DNA of 64,000 bases from an uncultured Prevotellaceae bacterium (GTDB lineage Bacteria > Bacteroidota > Bacteroidia > Bacteroidales > Muribaculaceae), in NCBI GenBank assembly GCA_902476295.1, contig CABSDC010000005.1, positions 779 through 64,778 of the forward strand. Direction: 5' to 3'. The translations under genes and the position numbers were made by a program. This document shows positions 8,837-18,084 of the stretch, piece by piece; the stretch's first letter is position 1, and every line of letters begins with the position of its first letter. The notes beneath the pieces are model-generated. The model was not told the origin of the DNA and ran no database searches. It saw only the letters and a list, made by a program, of their open reading frames with translations.

Positions 8837-10171
8837 TTAGTTGGTAGCAAACCTATAAGTAAGACCGAAACTCAAAATCTCCTTAAACTGCCAATAGTTC
8901 CACTTTTCATTCTTGTTAACCGACTTGTCGTAACGCAAGTGTGTATAGAATTGCGTGATCAAGTGACTTGTAACGTTGAAATTGAAGGTGTTTTCCCAAT
9001 CGCCTTGCACATACTCATAGTTTGAGAACACATATAATCTCGACGACCAAGAGATAGAACTATTAAACTTTATGTTGAGTTTCGATTCGAGTTTCGAACC
9101 CACATTGAGAATCGTGTGATGGCCTTCGCGTATACCAAAGTTGGTAGGAGAAGGATTAACATCAGTCTTACACAACTTCATATTATAAGACACTGGAGAA
9201 AGCGACAGGTTGAATGTTCTCCATCCATCCTTACTCCTGTTATCATATGTGATACCCACACCGACGTTCAATTCGCCTGGGCTCAAGAATGCAGCCTTAC
9301 GATTGTTGGTGTTAGTGGTGTAATTATTGAGCAACTGTGTTTTAAACTGCATTGATGCCGAATAATACCACTTTTTGATAGCCTTCACACCAAATTGAGT
9401 GTTCCACTGAAACAAATCGTCGCTAATGCTATAGTCGCGCAATTCATCGTTTGGAGCAGAGTTTATACCCAATTTATAGCGGATGGTGTTTGAGAAGATA
9501 TAGTTAGGATGCAAGTTTTGATTCAATTGCACATTCCACTGCAAGTCGCTGAGGATATTCAGGATGTTATCACCACCCTGATACCAGTTTTCCGACATAT
9601 ATGCTTGAGAGAATTGCAGCGAAGTCACAAACGTGTGAAGCCAGTTGTGAAGTTTCACCTGCTGTGGCTTAGCATCCACACCCACATTGTTGTATTCGCG
9701 TGGCGCGATTGTCAGCGTGCGGCTCTTAGGATCAACTACGCTGATAAATTCCTTTGGAGCCTCAGGCAACGCATTCACATTATAAATCACTATGCCAGGG
9801 TTGTTCACCATAGCATTATATCTCAATCTGTCTTCCCAGTTTTTCTCTTCGATATCGTTGTTCAACCAATTGCGGTTTACATTCAATTGGTATCCGCTCT
9901 GTGGGTGCCATTGCTGTATGGTATCAGCGGCCAACTTTTGTTGGCAGAAAATCAGCGGAACATAGGCATACGACGGCTTCAAATCAATAGTATCATAGTC
10001 AAGCGTACGCCAATCGTTTAGCTTGATGGCTGGCACACGCATGAGTTCTTTCTGCACTGTGTCGGCACGATGATGTATTGTTTTATCCGATGCTTCCTGC
10101 GCAGTTGTGTGCTGCGACAATGCCATTGCAAACGCAAAAAATCCACAAATTTTGTATATCGAGTTACTCAT
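8837..10171 (-). CDS. Outer-membrane beta-barrel protein, DUF3078-like
   Basis: 444 aa with a signal peptide, alternating-hydrophobicity strands throughout, the motif SENWYQGGDN (as I recall for DUF3078) and a C-terminal ..LTYRF-like barrel end. Confidence 0.55.
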   Translation of the reverse strand: MSNSIYKICGFFAFAMALSQHTTAQEASDKTIHHRADTVQKELMRVPAIKLNDWRTLDYDTIDLKPSYAYVPLIFCQQKLAADTIQQWHPQSGYQLNVNRNWLNNDIEEKNWEDRLRYNAMVNNPGIVIYNVNALPEAPKEFISVVDPKSRTLTIAPREYNNVGVDAKPQQVKLHNWLHTFVTSLQFSQAYMSENWYQGGDNILNILSDLQWNVQLNQNLHPNYIFSNTIRYKLGINSAPNDELRDYSISDDLFQWNTQFGVKAIKKWYYSASMQFKTQLLNNYTTNTNNRKAAFLSPGELNVGVGITYDNRSKDGWRTFNLSLSPVSYNMKLCKTDVNPSPTNFGIREGHHTILNVGSKLESKLNIKFNSSISWSSRLYVFSNYEYVQGDWENTFNFNVTSHLITQFYTHLRYDKSVNKNEKWNYWQFKEILSFGLTYRFATN

Positions 10172-10206
10172 CTTTTTAGTGTAAATTCCAATTTATCTAT
10201 CCTTTG

Positions 10207-10214
10207 CAAAAATA
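10207..10214 (-). promoter_or_regulatory. Candidate internal -7 box (TATTTTTG) ahead of the DUF3078-like gene
   Basis: TAnnTTTG match on the minus strand about 36 nt upstream of the ATG at 10171, within the 102-nt gap after the PorU-like gene. Confidence 0.35.
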
Positions 10215-10273
10215 GCAAAAATTAGCGTTAACCACAAGTGTTTGCCCGCTCTTTGCAGAATTATACTACCACA

Positions 10274-13200
10274 TCACCCACCTGCCACAGCGAGTTTTTT
10301 CGACTTTGTGGTGTATTGCTCACCATCGGTAGAGATGCTTGCTCTATACACATAGATTCCGCGTGGCACCCTGCCTCCGCTCTTGTCGCAAAGGTCCCAT
10401 GTAATTGGGAACGATGTATAAAGGTCGCTCTTACCGGTTTGCGAAACGCTCCACACCTCCTTACCCATGAGGTCGTAGACTTGCAGAGTGATTGTCAGCA
10501 ACGCATCTGGGCGATTGTGCTTGAGATAGAACACGGCATCTTCAATAGCCGGATTGGCTGTGGTGTAGACGTCATAAATCTCTGGCTTCAATCCCTTCAC
10601 CACATTAAACGAGATTGTCTTCTCGCTTGAGTTGTTGAATACATCCCACACTTTCAGTCGCAATGTGTGCTCGCCCTCTTCCAACCCGCTTAGCGGATAA
10701 GATATTGTGCCGGCATTGCCGTCCTTGTCGTAGACCGGGGTGAAATACGACGACACATCGCTGTGGGTTTCCTTACCATCCAATTGCAATGTGATGTCGT
10801 GGCCAATGCCGCCCGAAGAGAAGTTGATACCGTCTTTGTCAAATATGCTTGCTATCACGAGTGGCGACTCATTCACGTTGTCACCATCCTTAAAGTTCTC
10901 GCTGTTAAGAGCAAAACTGCGGATTTCCGGGCCATCACTATCGGTTTCTATAGTCTCGTCATAGCCATAGATATAAAACTCGTCGTTGCTACCCACTGCT
11001 TCTGCCCCCGATGCCGCACAATAGGCATACATGCACATACGGGCCGGGCTATAGTTGTCGAACGACGAAGCCGACAATTCGCTTGGGATAGTCACCTTCA
11101 CCGAGAATTTTCCGTTTTTCACCGAATCGGTCACCAATGCCAACTTGTTTGAGCGGTCTTGGAATGGATATTGCGAACCGTCTTCGCCATAACCAAGTGT
11201 CACCACGCTCTGTTCGGCATCATAGAGGGTCGACACGATATTGCCATTAAAGTCGGTCACCTCAGCGCCGCTTCCATCAACAATCGAGCCTGAGAATGTG
11301 AGCGTTTGGCGCGCTTGGAATGTTGGCAGATTATCGTCGATGGCATGGCCATTGATTGCCTCCAATCTCACCTTATATTCTGGCATACGCAGGCGCATAG
11401 CAGGGTCGCCAAACAGTGTATATCTCAGTCGGTTGTCGTCAACAACGTCGTTCTTGCCCCTACGCACAAATTCTCCGATAGTATATCGCTTGCCATCGGC
11501 GTCGTGCGAGAATGCATATTTGGCAATAGCATCGTTAAGCGTGCCATTATTTGGGATATAAGCAATGCGTGTGGCCGACAATTCTGCTATCACACCGCCA
11601 TTGCCGTTGAGATACATGATTTCACCACCCGACACCGCATCGGCATCAAATCGCGAAAACTCGCATGTGGCTGCAAACAAGAATGGCCAGCGCTTATTAT
11701 AGAAATTGTTGATATCATACCATGTGAGCAAGTGTTCGCCGGTCCAACTAGTAGGGTTGGCGTGGCCAATATATCCAAGCCACATCATACCTTCGTCAAA
11801 CTGCTTATACAGCTTATCGCGACCCACTTGACACACGCGCGAACCGCCGCTACTTGCGTTGTCGTAGGCATCAATGTAAATCTTATTGAATTGCATATCA
11901 GCCGCGCCATTCTCAGAATACAGTTTAATCACAGATTCTGCCTGGCGCACGTGCTCAGAGTTGTTTTGGTCGTCGGCAACGATTGTGGCAACACTCTTCC
12001 ATGCGCCATAATCCACGCCATTGACATACTTATATAACTTATCAACCACAGTTCGGGCTTCTTCAACACTTTTCACTGGCATTCGGCCTACTGCAATCGA
12101 CAGTTTTGCATTCACGATATTACCACCGGCATTATCCTCAAGGAACACAAACAAATCATCGGCAGTATACGAGGTGTATTCATTAGAACTTTCTTCACTC
12201 TGATATGTGAGCAGCATTGGGTAACTATTAGCCCTCACCACATCTGTCAACTGACGATTGTCGTAAGTTCCACGACCGAAAAGCAACAAATATTTCAGTT
12301 TATGACCCTCGCTATCGATTCCACGATCGTAGAACATCTTGCAAAGGTTTCTATACGACATAGCATCTGGCATACCCGACGAAAACTCGTTGTAGACTGT
12401 TTCGCTGTCAAGCACAAGCACTCGCATTCCGTCGTTGGTTTCGTGCAACGAAGCCACTCGGCGAGCCTGAGCAACGAATTCCTTAGGCGAGATTATTATC
12501 ATGTCTGGCACCTGCTCGCCATGAACATTCTGGTTTTTCACCACGCCCACATATTCTGGCGTTGGCAGCGATACGCTGGTGTCGAATGCCACATATTCGC
12601 GCTCGCCCATTGCACATGGTGCAAACGCCACGCCATCGTCGGTCTTAGTCAGGTTCATCGCATAGATGTTTTTCACATCCGTCACGTCCCACACCATCGT
12701 GTTGTCAGTTGCACCGTCCATACACAGCGCCACCGGCTTGCTGGCATTGTATCTAAACGACAACTTGCCATTCACCAGCTTCAACTGACGCAGATAATTC
12801 ACCGTGATATAGTCGAGGCGGGCAACACTCAATGTGCCACCATACTGCAATCCAATGCTATAAGAGAAATTGTCGGTATTATTCAGGCTGAAAGTCTTCA
12901 GTGAACTTGTCATCACTATGTGTGTATACTGACTGTTCACCTCGTCTATCATATCGCTTTTACTATTAGCGCCAAGCTGAGTGCCATTATACTTAAACGA
13001 CAATCGGCTTGCGCCTCCACCTTGACTATGTGCGCCGAAACTTGTGAGCACATTCACATCGCTACCCGACACATAATCAGGTATCTTAAATTTAAATGTC
13101 TGGTTGGAATTAAATCGGAAATCCTCGCCCAGCAACTGACGTCCGCTCTCGCTGGCAGTCATCAATTCCTTTTCGTGATACAAGCGATCGGTAAATGTCT

Positions 13201-13693
13201 TCACCACATCGCCACTTGCGCTTATCTCATTGGTCGCTTTTACGATTTCAACATCAGCCTCATCAGCTTCTTCCGAAAGAAAATAATATCCTGCAGTGGA
13301 ATAAGGATGCTGCACCTGCTGATACGTAATGTTTCGTCCGGCCTTCCATGTAATTGGGCCTTGAGCATAGAAGTATATCGCGTTCTTGTCGCGCAGCACC
13401 TGCACCTGTGGCACATCATCCACATAGGCGCTGCGTGTGAGCACTTCCGGTATTGGCGCACCGCCATAACCATAGATTCTCAATTTGCTGATGTCGGAAA
13501 AGCCCCACTTGCGGGCATCGCTCTGCGTGATTTTATACACACCCGACTCCGACACTTTTATCTTCACCCATTTGCCTTGGGCCAAGCGCGATTGCTCGGC
13601 ATATATGCTCGTATCAAATGCCATGCAGCATGCTCCATAGGCCAATGCAAAAAACATCAGCACCGCATGTCGCAATATATATCTGTTCGTCAT
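10274..13693 (-). CDS. PorU-like C25-family (gingipain-fold) peptidase / T9SS sortase paralog
   Basis: 1139 aa. The N-terminus SRLAQGKWVKIKVSESGVYKITQSD..IYGYGG and the block NEFSSGMPDAMSYRNLCKMFYDR are PorU-like. Candidate catalytic His (YIGHANP) and Cys (FAATCEF) are present, with a CTD-like end (VPRGIYVYRASI). Confidence 0.8.
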   Translation of the reverse strand: MTNRYILRHAVLMFFALAYGACCMAFDTSIYAEQSRLAQGKWVKIKVSESGVYKITQSDARKWGFSDISKLRIYGYGGAPIPEVLTRSAYVDDVPQVQVLRDKNAIYFYAQGPITWKAGRNITYQQVQHPYSTAGYYFLSEEADEADVEIVKATNEISASGDVVKTFTDRLYHEKELMTASESGRQLLGEDFRFNSNQTFKFKIPDYVSGSDVNVLTSFGAHSQGGGASRLSFKYNGTQLGANSKSDMIDEVNSQYTHIVMTSSLKTFSLNNTDNFSYSIGLQYGGTLSVARLDYITVNYLRQLKLVNGKLSFRYNASKPVALCMDGATDNTMVWDVTDVKNIYAMNLTKTDDGVAFAPCAMGEREYVAFDTSVSLPTPEYVGVVKNQNVHGEQVPDMIIISPKEFVAQARRVASLHETNDGMRVLVLDSETVYNEFSSGMPDAMSYRNLCKMFYDRGIDSEGHKLKYLLLFGRGTYDNRQLTDVVRANSYPMLLTYQSEESSNEYTSYTADDLFVFLEDNAGGNIVNAKLSIAVGRMPVKSVEEARTVVDKLYKYVNGVDYGAWKSVATIVADDQNNSEHVRQAESVIKLYSENGAADMQFNKIYIDAYDNASSGGSRVCQVGRDKLYKQFDEGMMWLGYIGHANPTSWTGEHLLTWYDINNFYNKRWPFLFAATCEFSRFDADAVSGGEIMYLNGNGGVIAELSATRIAYIPNNGTLNDAIAKYAFSHDADGKRYTIGEFVRRGKNDVVDDNRLRYTLFGDPAMRLRMPEYKVRLEAINGHAIDDNLPTFQARQTLTFSGSIVDGSGAEVTDFNGNIVSTLYDAEQSVVTLGYGEDGSQYPFQDRSNKLALVTDSVKNGKFSVKVTIPSELSASSFDNYSPARMCMYAYCAASGAEAVGSNDEFYIYGYDETIETDSDGPEIRSFALNSENFKDGDNVNESPLVIASIFDKDGINFSSGGIGHDITLQLDGKETHSDVSSYFTPVYDKDGNAGTISYPLSGLEEGEHTLRLKVWDVFNNSSEKTISFNVVKGLKPEIYDVYTTANPAIEDAVFYLKHNRPDALLTITLQVYDLMGKEVWSVSQTGKSDLYTSFPITWDLCDKSGGRVPRGIYVYRASISTDGEQYTTKSKKLAVAGG

Positions 13694-13784
13694 AAAAATC
13701 TACTTTTCCGTTTTAGATTGTTTTCTTATACAAGAATCATAGCAACGCACTCGCGCCACTATACATTTTATCATATTCTAAACG

Positions 13785-13792
13785 CAAATATA
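13785..13792 (-). promoter_or_regulatory. Candidate -7 box (TATATTTG) for the PorU-like gene
   Basis: TAnnTTTG match on the minus strand about 92 nt upstream of the ATG at 13693. Confidence 0.3.
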
Positions 13793-13949
13793 CCTTAATT
13801 ATTGCAAATTTTCAGTCTCTTACACAGTCTTTTTTATCCATCATTTGCCCACAAGCATTTTTTTTCATAACTTTCACAAATAATTCACGAATACCTCTTT
13901 TTCCTATAACCAGAAACAAAAAATATAACCATAAACAAAAATTCAATTC

Positions 13950-16352
13950 ATGAACAAAATCTATTTCCTATGGTCGTTATTGGTTGCCGGCATGATGCTG
14001 TCGCCAAGCGCAAGCGCGCAAGACAACGACTTCGACTTAAACTCACAACGCTCTGAGAAGCAGGACGTGCTGCCCGTATCAGGCAAAAAGATTGATCATC
14101 ACGGCTTGGTGATCAACCCTACTCCACAACAAATAGAAGTATCGCAAACCGATCGCCTCAACGCTTCGCAAGGCTTTAGCATCAAGGACAGCCAAAAAAA
14201 ATTCTCTCAACACCTCGTTCAAGCAGGCATTAAACAAAACGCTAAGGGCTGTCGCCTCACCATCGATTTCGGCGGAAAAGCGGCTCGTAAAGCCAACGTG
14301 AAAGCCTCATCGGGTGCCTATGCTCTCACAATCAACAAAAAAGGCGCGAGCATCATTGGCTATGACGAGCGTGGCGCTTTCTATGGCATACAGACTCTCC
14401 GCCAGATTTTGACTTCCGAGATTGCCAAAGACGGCAACATCCCTTATATGACTATCAACGACTTTGCCGACCTGCCCAACCGCGGCGTTGTAGAAGGTTT
14501 CTATGGAACCCCTTGGTCGCATGAGGTGAGATTGTCACTCATCGATTTCTACGGAAAATTCAAGATGTGCACCTATCTCTACGGCCCTAAAGACGACCCA
14601 TATCACAGCTGCCCTAATTGGCGCTTGCCTTATCCAGAAAAAGAAGCCAGACAAATCAAGGAGCTCGTTGATGCTTGTCGCCGCAACTACGTTGACTTCG
14701 TGTGGGCTATCCACCCAGGACAAGACATCAAGTGGAACGAGGAAGACTATAAGAACCTCGTGAACAAATTCAATATGATGTACGACCTTGGCGTGCGTTC
14801 TTTCGCTATCTTCTTCGACGACATCTCGGGCGAAGGCACCAATCCTGTGAAGCAAGTTGACCTGCTCAACCGTCTCACCAAAGATTTCGTTGAGGCAAAG
14901 GGCGACGTGGCAGGCCTCACCGTATGCCCTACCGACTACTCTCGCCTTTGGGCAAACCCTACTCCTCAAGGCAGTTTGGCAATCTACGGCAACACTCTGC
15001 TTCCTTCCATCAAAGTGTTCTGGACTGGCGATGTGGTTTGCAGCGACCTCACCGCCGACACTATGAACTGGCTCAATAGCCGCATCAAGCGCCCAGGTTA
15101 CTATTGGTGGAACTTCCCTGTTACCGACTATGCTCGCCACATTATTATGCAAGGTCCTACTTACGGTCTCGACACTACCCTGTCTGCCAACGACCTCTGC
15201 GGACTTGTGAGCAACCCTATGGAGCACGGCGAAGCATCAAAACTCGCCCTCTATGGCGTGGCCGACTATGCTTGGAACATCGCAAAATACAATGCCCTCG
15301 ACAACTGGGAACGCGGCTTATACGAACTCACTCCTGAGGCTCACGACGCTTATCGCACCTTCGCAATTCACTCTTGCGACACCGAGACCGGCTACCGTCG
15401 CGACGAATCTTGGGAAACTACCACTTTTGATATCGACAACTACACCCCAGCCCAATACGACGCCCTGAAGAAAGAATTTGAAAAAGTGTCGCGCGTTGAA
15501 GCCACAATGAAGAAAGATTGCACAAATCAACTACTTCTCAAGGAATTGGTGCCATGGCTAGAGCAATTCACCATGCTCGGCAAAAGAGGTTTGGCTGCGC
15601 TTGAATTAATCAAGCTGTATGACAACGGCGATTTCGCTGCATTCTGGGAAAAATATGTGAGCAACAAAATGTCTACCGACGAGCAAAAGGCATACGAAGC
15701 GCACAAGTGTGGCACTATGAAGCTTCAACCATTCTACGAAAACACCATGGATCGCCTCGCCGACAAATTCTTCCATACCCTTACATCTCAACAACCTACA
15801 ACGCTCAAGGGCGTAGGTTCGTTCCCTACCCTTCGCACCACACAAAGCAAACTGATGTTTGATGGAGACACAGCCACATATTATCACTCTGGCAAGGCTC
15901 AAAGCCGCGAAGGTGGCGAATGGTTTGGCGCTGACCTCGGCTCTGTGAAAGACGTTTGGGAAATAAACATACAACAAGGCCGCAACTCTATCGACGACGT
16001 CGACTATTTCGACCACGCCTGCCTTGAATACTCCACCGATGGCAAAGCATGGAATACCCTTATCGCCAACATGCAGAAGCAATACGACATCCACTGGCAA
16101 GGCGAATCAGTGAAAGCTCGCTATGTGCGTGTACGCAAATTACCTTCTGAGAAGACCAACTGGGTGGCTGTGCGAATATTCGAAGTTAACCCTCCAAAGC
16201 AGGCAGCCCTCAACTTCAGCATCATCGCCGACGATGCAAACGCTGCCCTGAAGGCTTTCGACAATCACCCCGGCACATCTTACACCAACACTGGCGCATT
16301 GTCGTTCACCATTCCTGCCGGTACAAAGGATACACAATTCTTGCTAAATTGA
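13950..16352 (+). CDS. GH84 beta-N-acetylglucosaminidase (O-GlcNAcase/NagJ-like) with F5/8 type C (discoidin) domain. The C-terminus is apparently frameshifted.
   Basis: 800 aa with a signal peptide and the GH84 core VVEGFYGTPWSHEVRLSLIDFYGKFKMCTYLYGPKDDPYH, including the catalytic AIFFDDISGEG (DD pair). A discoidin-like region (WFGADLGSVKDVWEINIQQGR..VRIFEVN) follows. Confidence 0.85.
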   Translation: MNKIYFLWSLLVAGMMLSPSASAQDNDFDLNSQRSEKQDVLPVSGKKIDHHGLVINPTPQQIEVSQTDRLNASQGFSIKDSQKKFSQHLVQAGIKQNAKGCRLTIDFGGKAARKANVKASSGAYALTINKKGASIIGYDERGAFYGIQTLRQILTSEIAKDGNIPYMTINDFADLPNRGVVEGFYGTPWSHEVRLSLIDFYGKFKMCTYLYGPKDDPYHSCPNWRLPYPEKEARQIKELVDACRRNYVDFVWAIHPGQDIKWNEEDYKNLVNKFNMMYDLGVRSFAIFFDDISGEGTNPVKQVDLLNRLTKDFVEAKGDVAGLTVCPTDYSRLWANPTPQGSLAIYGNTLLPSIKVFWTGDVVCSDLTADTMNWLNSRIKRPGYYWWNFPVTDYARHIIMQGPTYGLDTTLSANDLCGLVSNPMEHGEASKLALYGVADYAWNIAKYNALDNWERGLYELTPEAHDAYRTFAIHSCDTETGYRRDESWETTTFDIDNYTPAQYDALKKEFEKVSRVEATMKKDCTNQLLLKELVPWLEQFTMLGKRGLAALELIKLYDNGDFAAFWEKYVSNKMSTDEQKAYEAHKCGTMKLQPFYENTMDRLADKFFHTLTSQQPTTLKGVGSFPTLRTTQSKLMFDGDTATYYHSGKAQSREGGEWFGADLGSVKDVWEINIQQGRNSIDDVDYFDHACLEYSTDGKAWNTLIANMQKQYDIHWQGESVKARYVRVRKLPSEKTNWVAVRIFEVNPPKQAALNFSIIADDANAALKAFDNHPGTSYTNTGALSFTIPAGTKDTQFLLN

Positions 16353-16516
16353 ACCCTGGAGCGCCAGTTGTAATCTCGCAACTCGACGTCAAGGGCAACA
16401 TGATTGAAAAGCAAGAAGTTGCAAGCCCATTCATCAAAATCGCTGTTGCCAACGGAGCTCGTACGATTAAGGTTGATGGCAAAATCGAATTATATGAGGT
16501 GACACCTGCTAAGTAA
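16346..16516 (+). other. Out-of-frame continuation of the GH84 C-terminal domain
   Basis: The other frame reads KLNPGAPVVISQLDVKGNMIEKQEVASPFIKIAVANGARTIKVDGKIELYEVTPAK-stop. The terminator follows this segment, not the annotated stop at 16352. Confidence 0.6.
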
Positions 16517-16538
16517 CACATCATCAATAAATACTCCT

Positions 16539-16574
16539 AAGGGCTGTGCCACATCACATTCTGGCACAGCCCTT
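16539..16574 (+). terminator. Hairpin terminator after the GH84 locus
   Basis: 13-bp perfect stem AAGGGCTGTGCCA / TGGCACAGCCCTT with a 10-nt loop. The T-tract is weak (ACTGTATTT). Confidence 0.55.
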
Positions 16575-16662
16575 ACTGTATTTCCTGACCAAGCCATTCG
16601 TTGTCAACCGTGCAGCGCTCGAAAAATCAACGGTTATCAGCACATTTTACATAATTTTTTTT

Positions 16663-16670
16663 TATCTTTG
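16663..16670 (+). promoter_or_regulatory. Candidate -7 box (TATCTTTG) for rex
   Basis: TAnnTTTG match 63 nt upstream of the rex ATG. Confidence 0.4.
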
Positions 16671-16732
16671 CGTAATGTTTATAGCCTATCACCATCATAG
16701 GTTATCATCATATGAATTTGTTTCATTGACCA

Positions 16733-17395
16733 ATGCAGAAGACCGACACAAACCATATAGCAAAATCGTTACTACCAGAGCCTACGCTCCGGCGGCTGCC
16801 CTGGTATTTGGCTTATGTCGCCCAATTGAAAAACAAAGGTGTGGAATTTGTGTCATCAACTCAAATATCAAAGGAGATTTGCGTCGACGCATCACAAATA
16901 GCTAAAGACCTATCTTTCATCAACATAAAAGGTAAGACACGCATTGGTTATGAGGTGGCTCAACTCGAAAAACAATTGACCGATTTCCTCGGTTTCAAGA
17001 AAAGCCACAATGCATTTATGATTGGCGTTGGCAGCCTTGGCGGCGCGCTTCTGCAAGACTGCGGTCTGATGCAATACGGGCTAAACATTGTGGCCGGCTT
17101 CGACATCGACCCTAACATCGTGGGCAAATCACTCAACGGCATACACGTGTTTCACATCGACAAACTTGCCGAACAGCAAAAAATGCTTAAAGCATCGATT
17201 GCCGTGCTTGCTGTACCTGTAGAATATGCGCAACAAGTCACCGACAAGATTATCGACTCTGGCATTACCGCAATCTGGAATTTCACGCCTTTCCGCATAA
17301 AGCCAAACGAAAAAATCGTGGTGCAGAACACATCAATATATGCACACTTGGCGCTGATGTACAACCGTATGGATGAAAACAATTCTAACGGCTAA
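16733..17395 (+). CDS. rex: Redox-sensing transcriptional repressor Rex
   Basis: 220 aa with the N-terminal winged-helix motif LPEPTLRRLPWYLAYV..GVEFVSSTQISKEICVDASQIAKDLS and the Rossmann motif MIGVGSLGGALL. Confidence 0.88.
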   Translation: MQKTDTNHIAKSLLPEPTLRRLPWYLAYVAQLKNKGVEFVSSTQISKEICVDASQIAKDLSFINIKGKTRIGYEVAQLEKQLTDFLGFKKSHNAFMIGVGSLGGALLQDCGLMQYGLNIVAGFDIDPNIVGKSLNGIHVFHIDKLAEQQKMLKASIAVLAVPVEYAQQVTDKIIDSGITAIWNFTPFRIKPNEKIVVQNTSIYAHLALMYNRMDENNSNG

Positions 17396-17467
17396 CCGCA
17401 TTGTGTCGTCACCGATATCAATCTTCACGCTTTTTATACTTATAACTACGATATATCATATTATAAA

Positions 17468-18028
17468 ATGAAAATAATAGCACTCTACGATAACTACGAG
17501 CCTCAGCAATTTGATGGCAAGGTATACCTTATGGCCGACTCTTCGCTCGCAAAAAGCGGCAAGCCATGGTTCCTTCCTGAGTTTGCTCTAGAATTCACAT
17601 ATCACACTCACCTTGTGATTCGCATCGGGCGACTTGGCAAAAACATCGCACGCCGATTTGCCCACCGATATGTTGACGCCGTCACAGTGGGCGCCACCGT
17701 CACTGCCTGCGGCATAGCTGACAATGCCATAGCCAAAGCATTCGACGGCGCAGCCATGATTGGCGATTTCCTCCCAATAGAGCAAATCAGCGACCTCAAC
17801 GAAATCAACGCATCGCTCGCCAACGGCGACATCGTCACCACATACCAGTCAAGCCAAATGGCATGCCACATTGATGAAATCATAGAATATGTGAGCAAAT
17901 ACTTCACATTGAAAATCGGCGACATCATCTACACCGGTTTTGGCGACAACTCCACACCACTGGCTATCGGACAACATCTAACAGGCTCAATCAACGGAGA
18001 AAACGTGCTTGATATCAAAATCAAGTGA
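17468..18028 (+). CDS. Fumarylacetoacetate hydrolase (FAH) family protein
   Basis: 186 aa. GKPWFLPEF..HTHLVIRIGRLGKNI and the C-terminal GDIIYTG.. pattern are typical of short FAH-fold proteins. Confidence 0.6.
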   Translation: MKIIALYDNYEPQQFDGKVYLMADSSLAKSGKPWFLPEFALEFTYHTHLVIRIGRLGKNIARRFAHRYVDAVTVGATVTACGIADNAIAKAFDGAAMIGDFLPIEQISDLNEINASLANGDIVTTYQSSQMACHIDEIIEYVSKYFTLKIGDIIYTGFGDNSTPLAIGQHLTGSINGENVLDIKIK

Positions 18029-18084
18029 CAAACCCTACCACAATTATATTTAGACAACCATAAAAAACTGGAAAATTAAGATCT

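Noticed and set aside
12920-13798. 292-aa plus-strand ORF crossing the PorU-like start, and a 243-aa ORF at 11306..12037
   Set aside because: Both are antisense to the PorU-like gene, are rich in H/I/C/R and have no promoter or start context.
13873-13890. TTCACAAATAATTCACGA, two TTCAC(A/G)A half-sites upstream of the GH84 gene that resemble Rex operator halves
   Set aside because: They form a direct rather than an inverted arrangement, so they do not match the palindromic Rex consensus. Probably fortuitous in AT-rich DNA.
14535-15227. 230-aa minus-strand ORF
   Set aside because: Antisense to the catalytic core of the GH84 gene; a shadow ORF.
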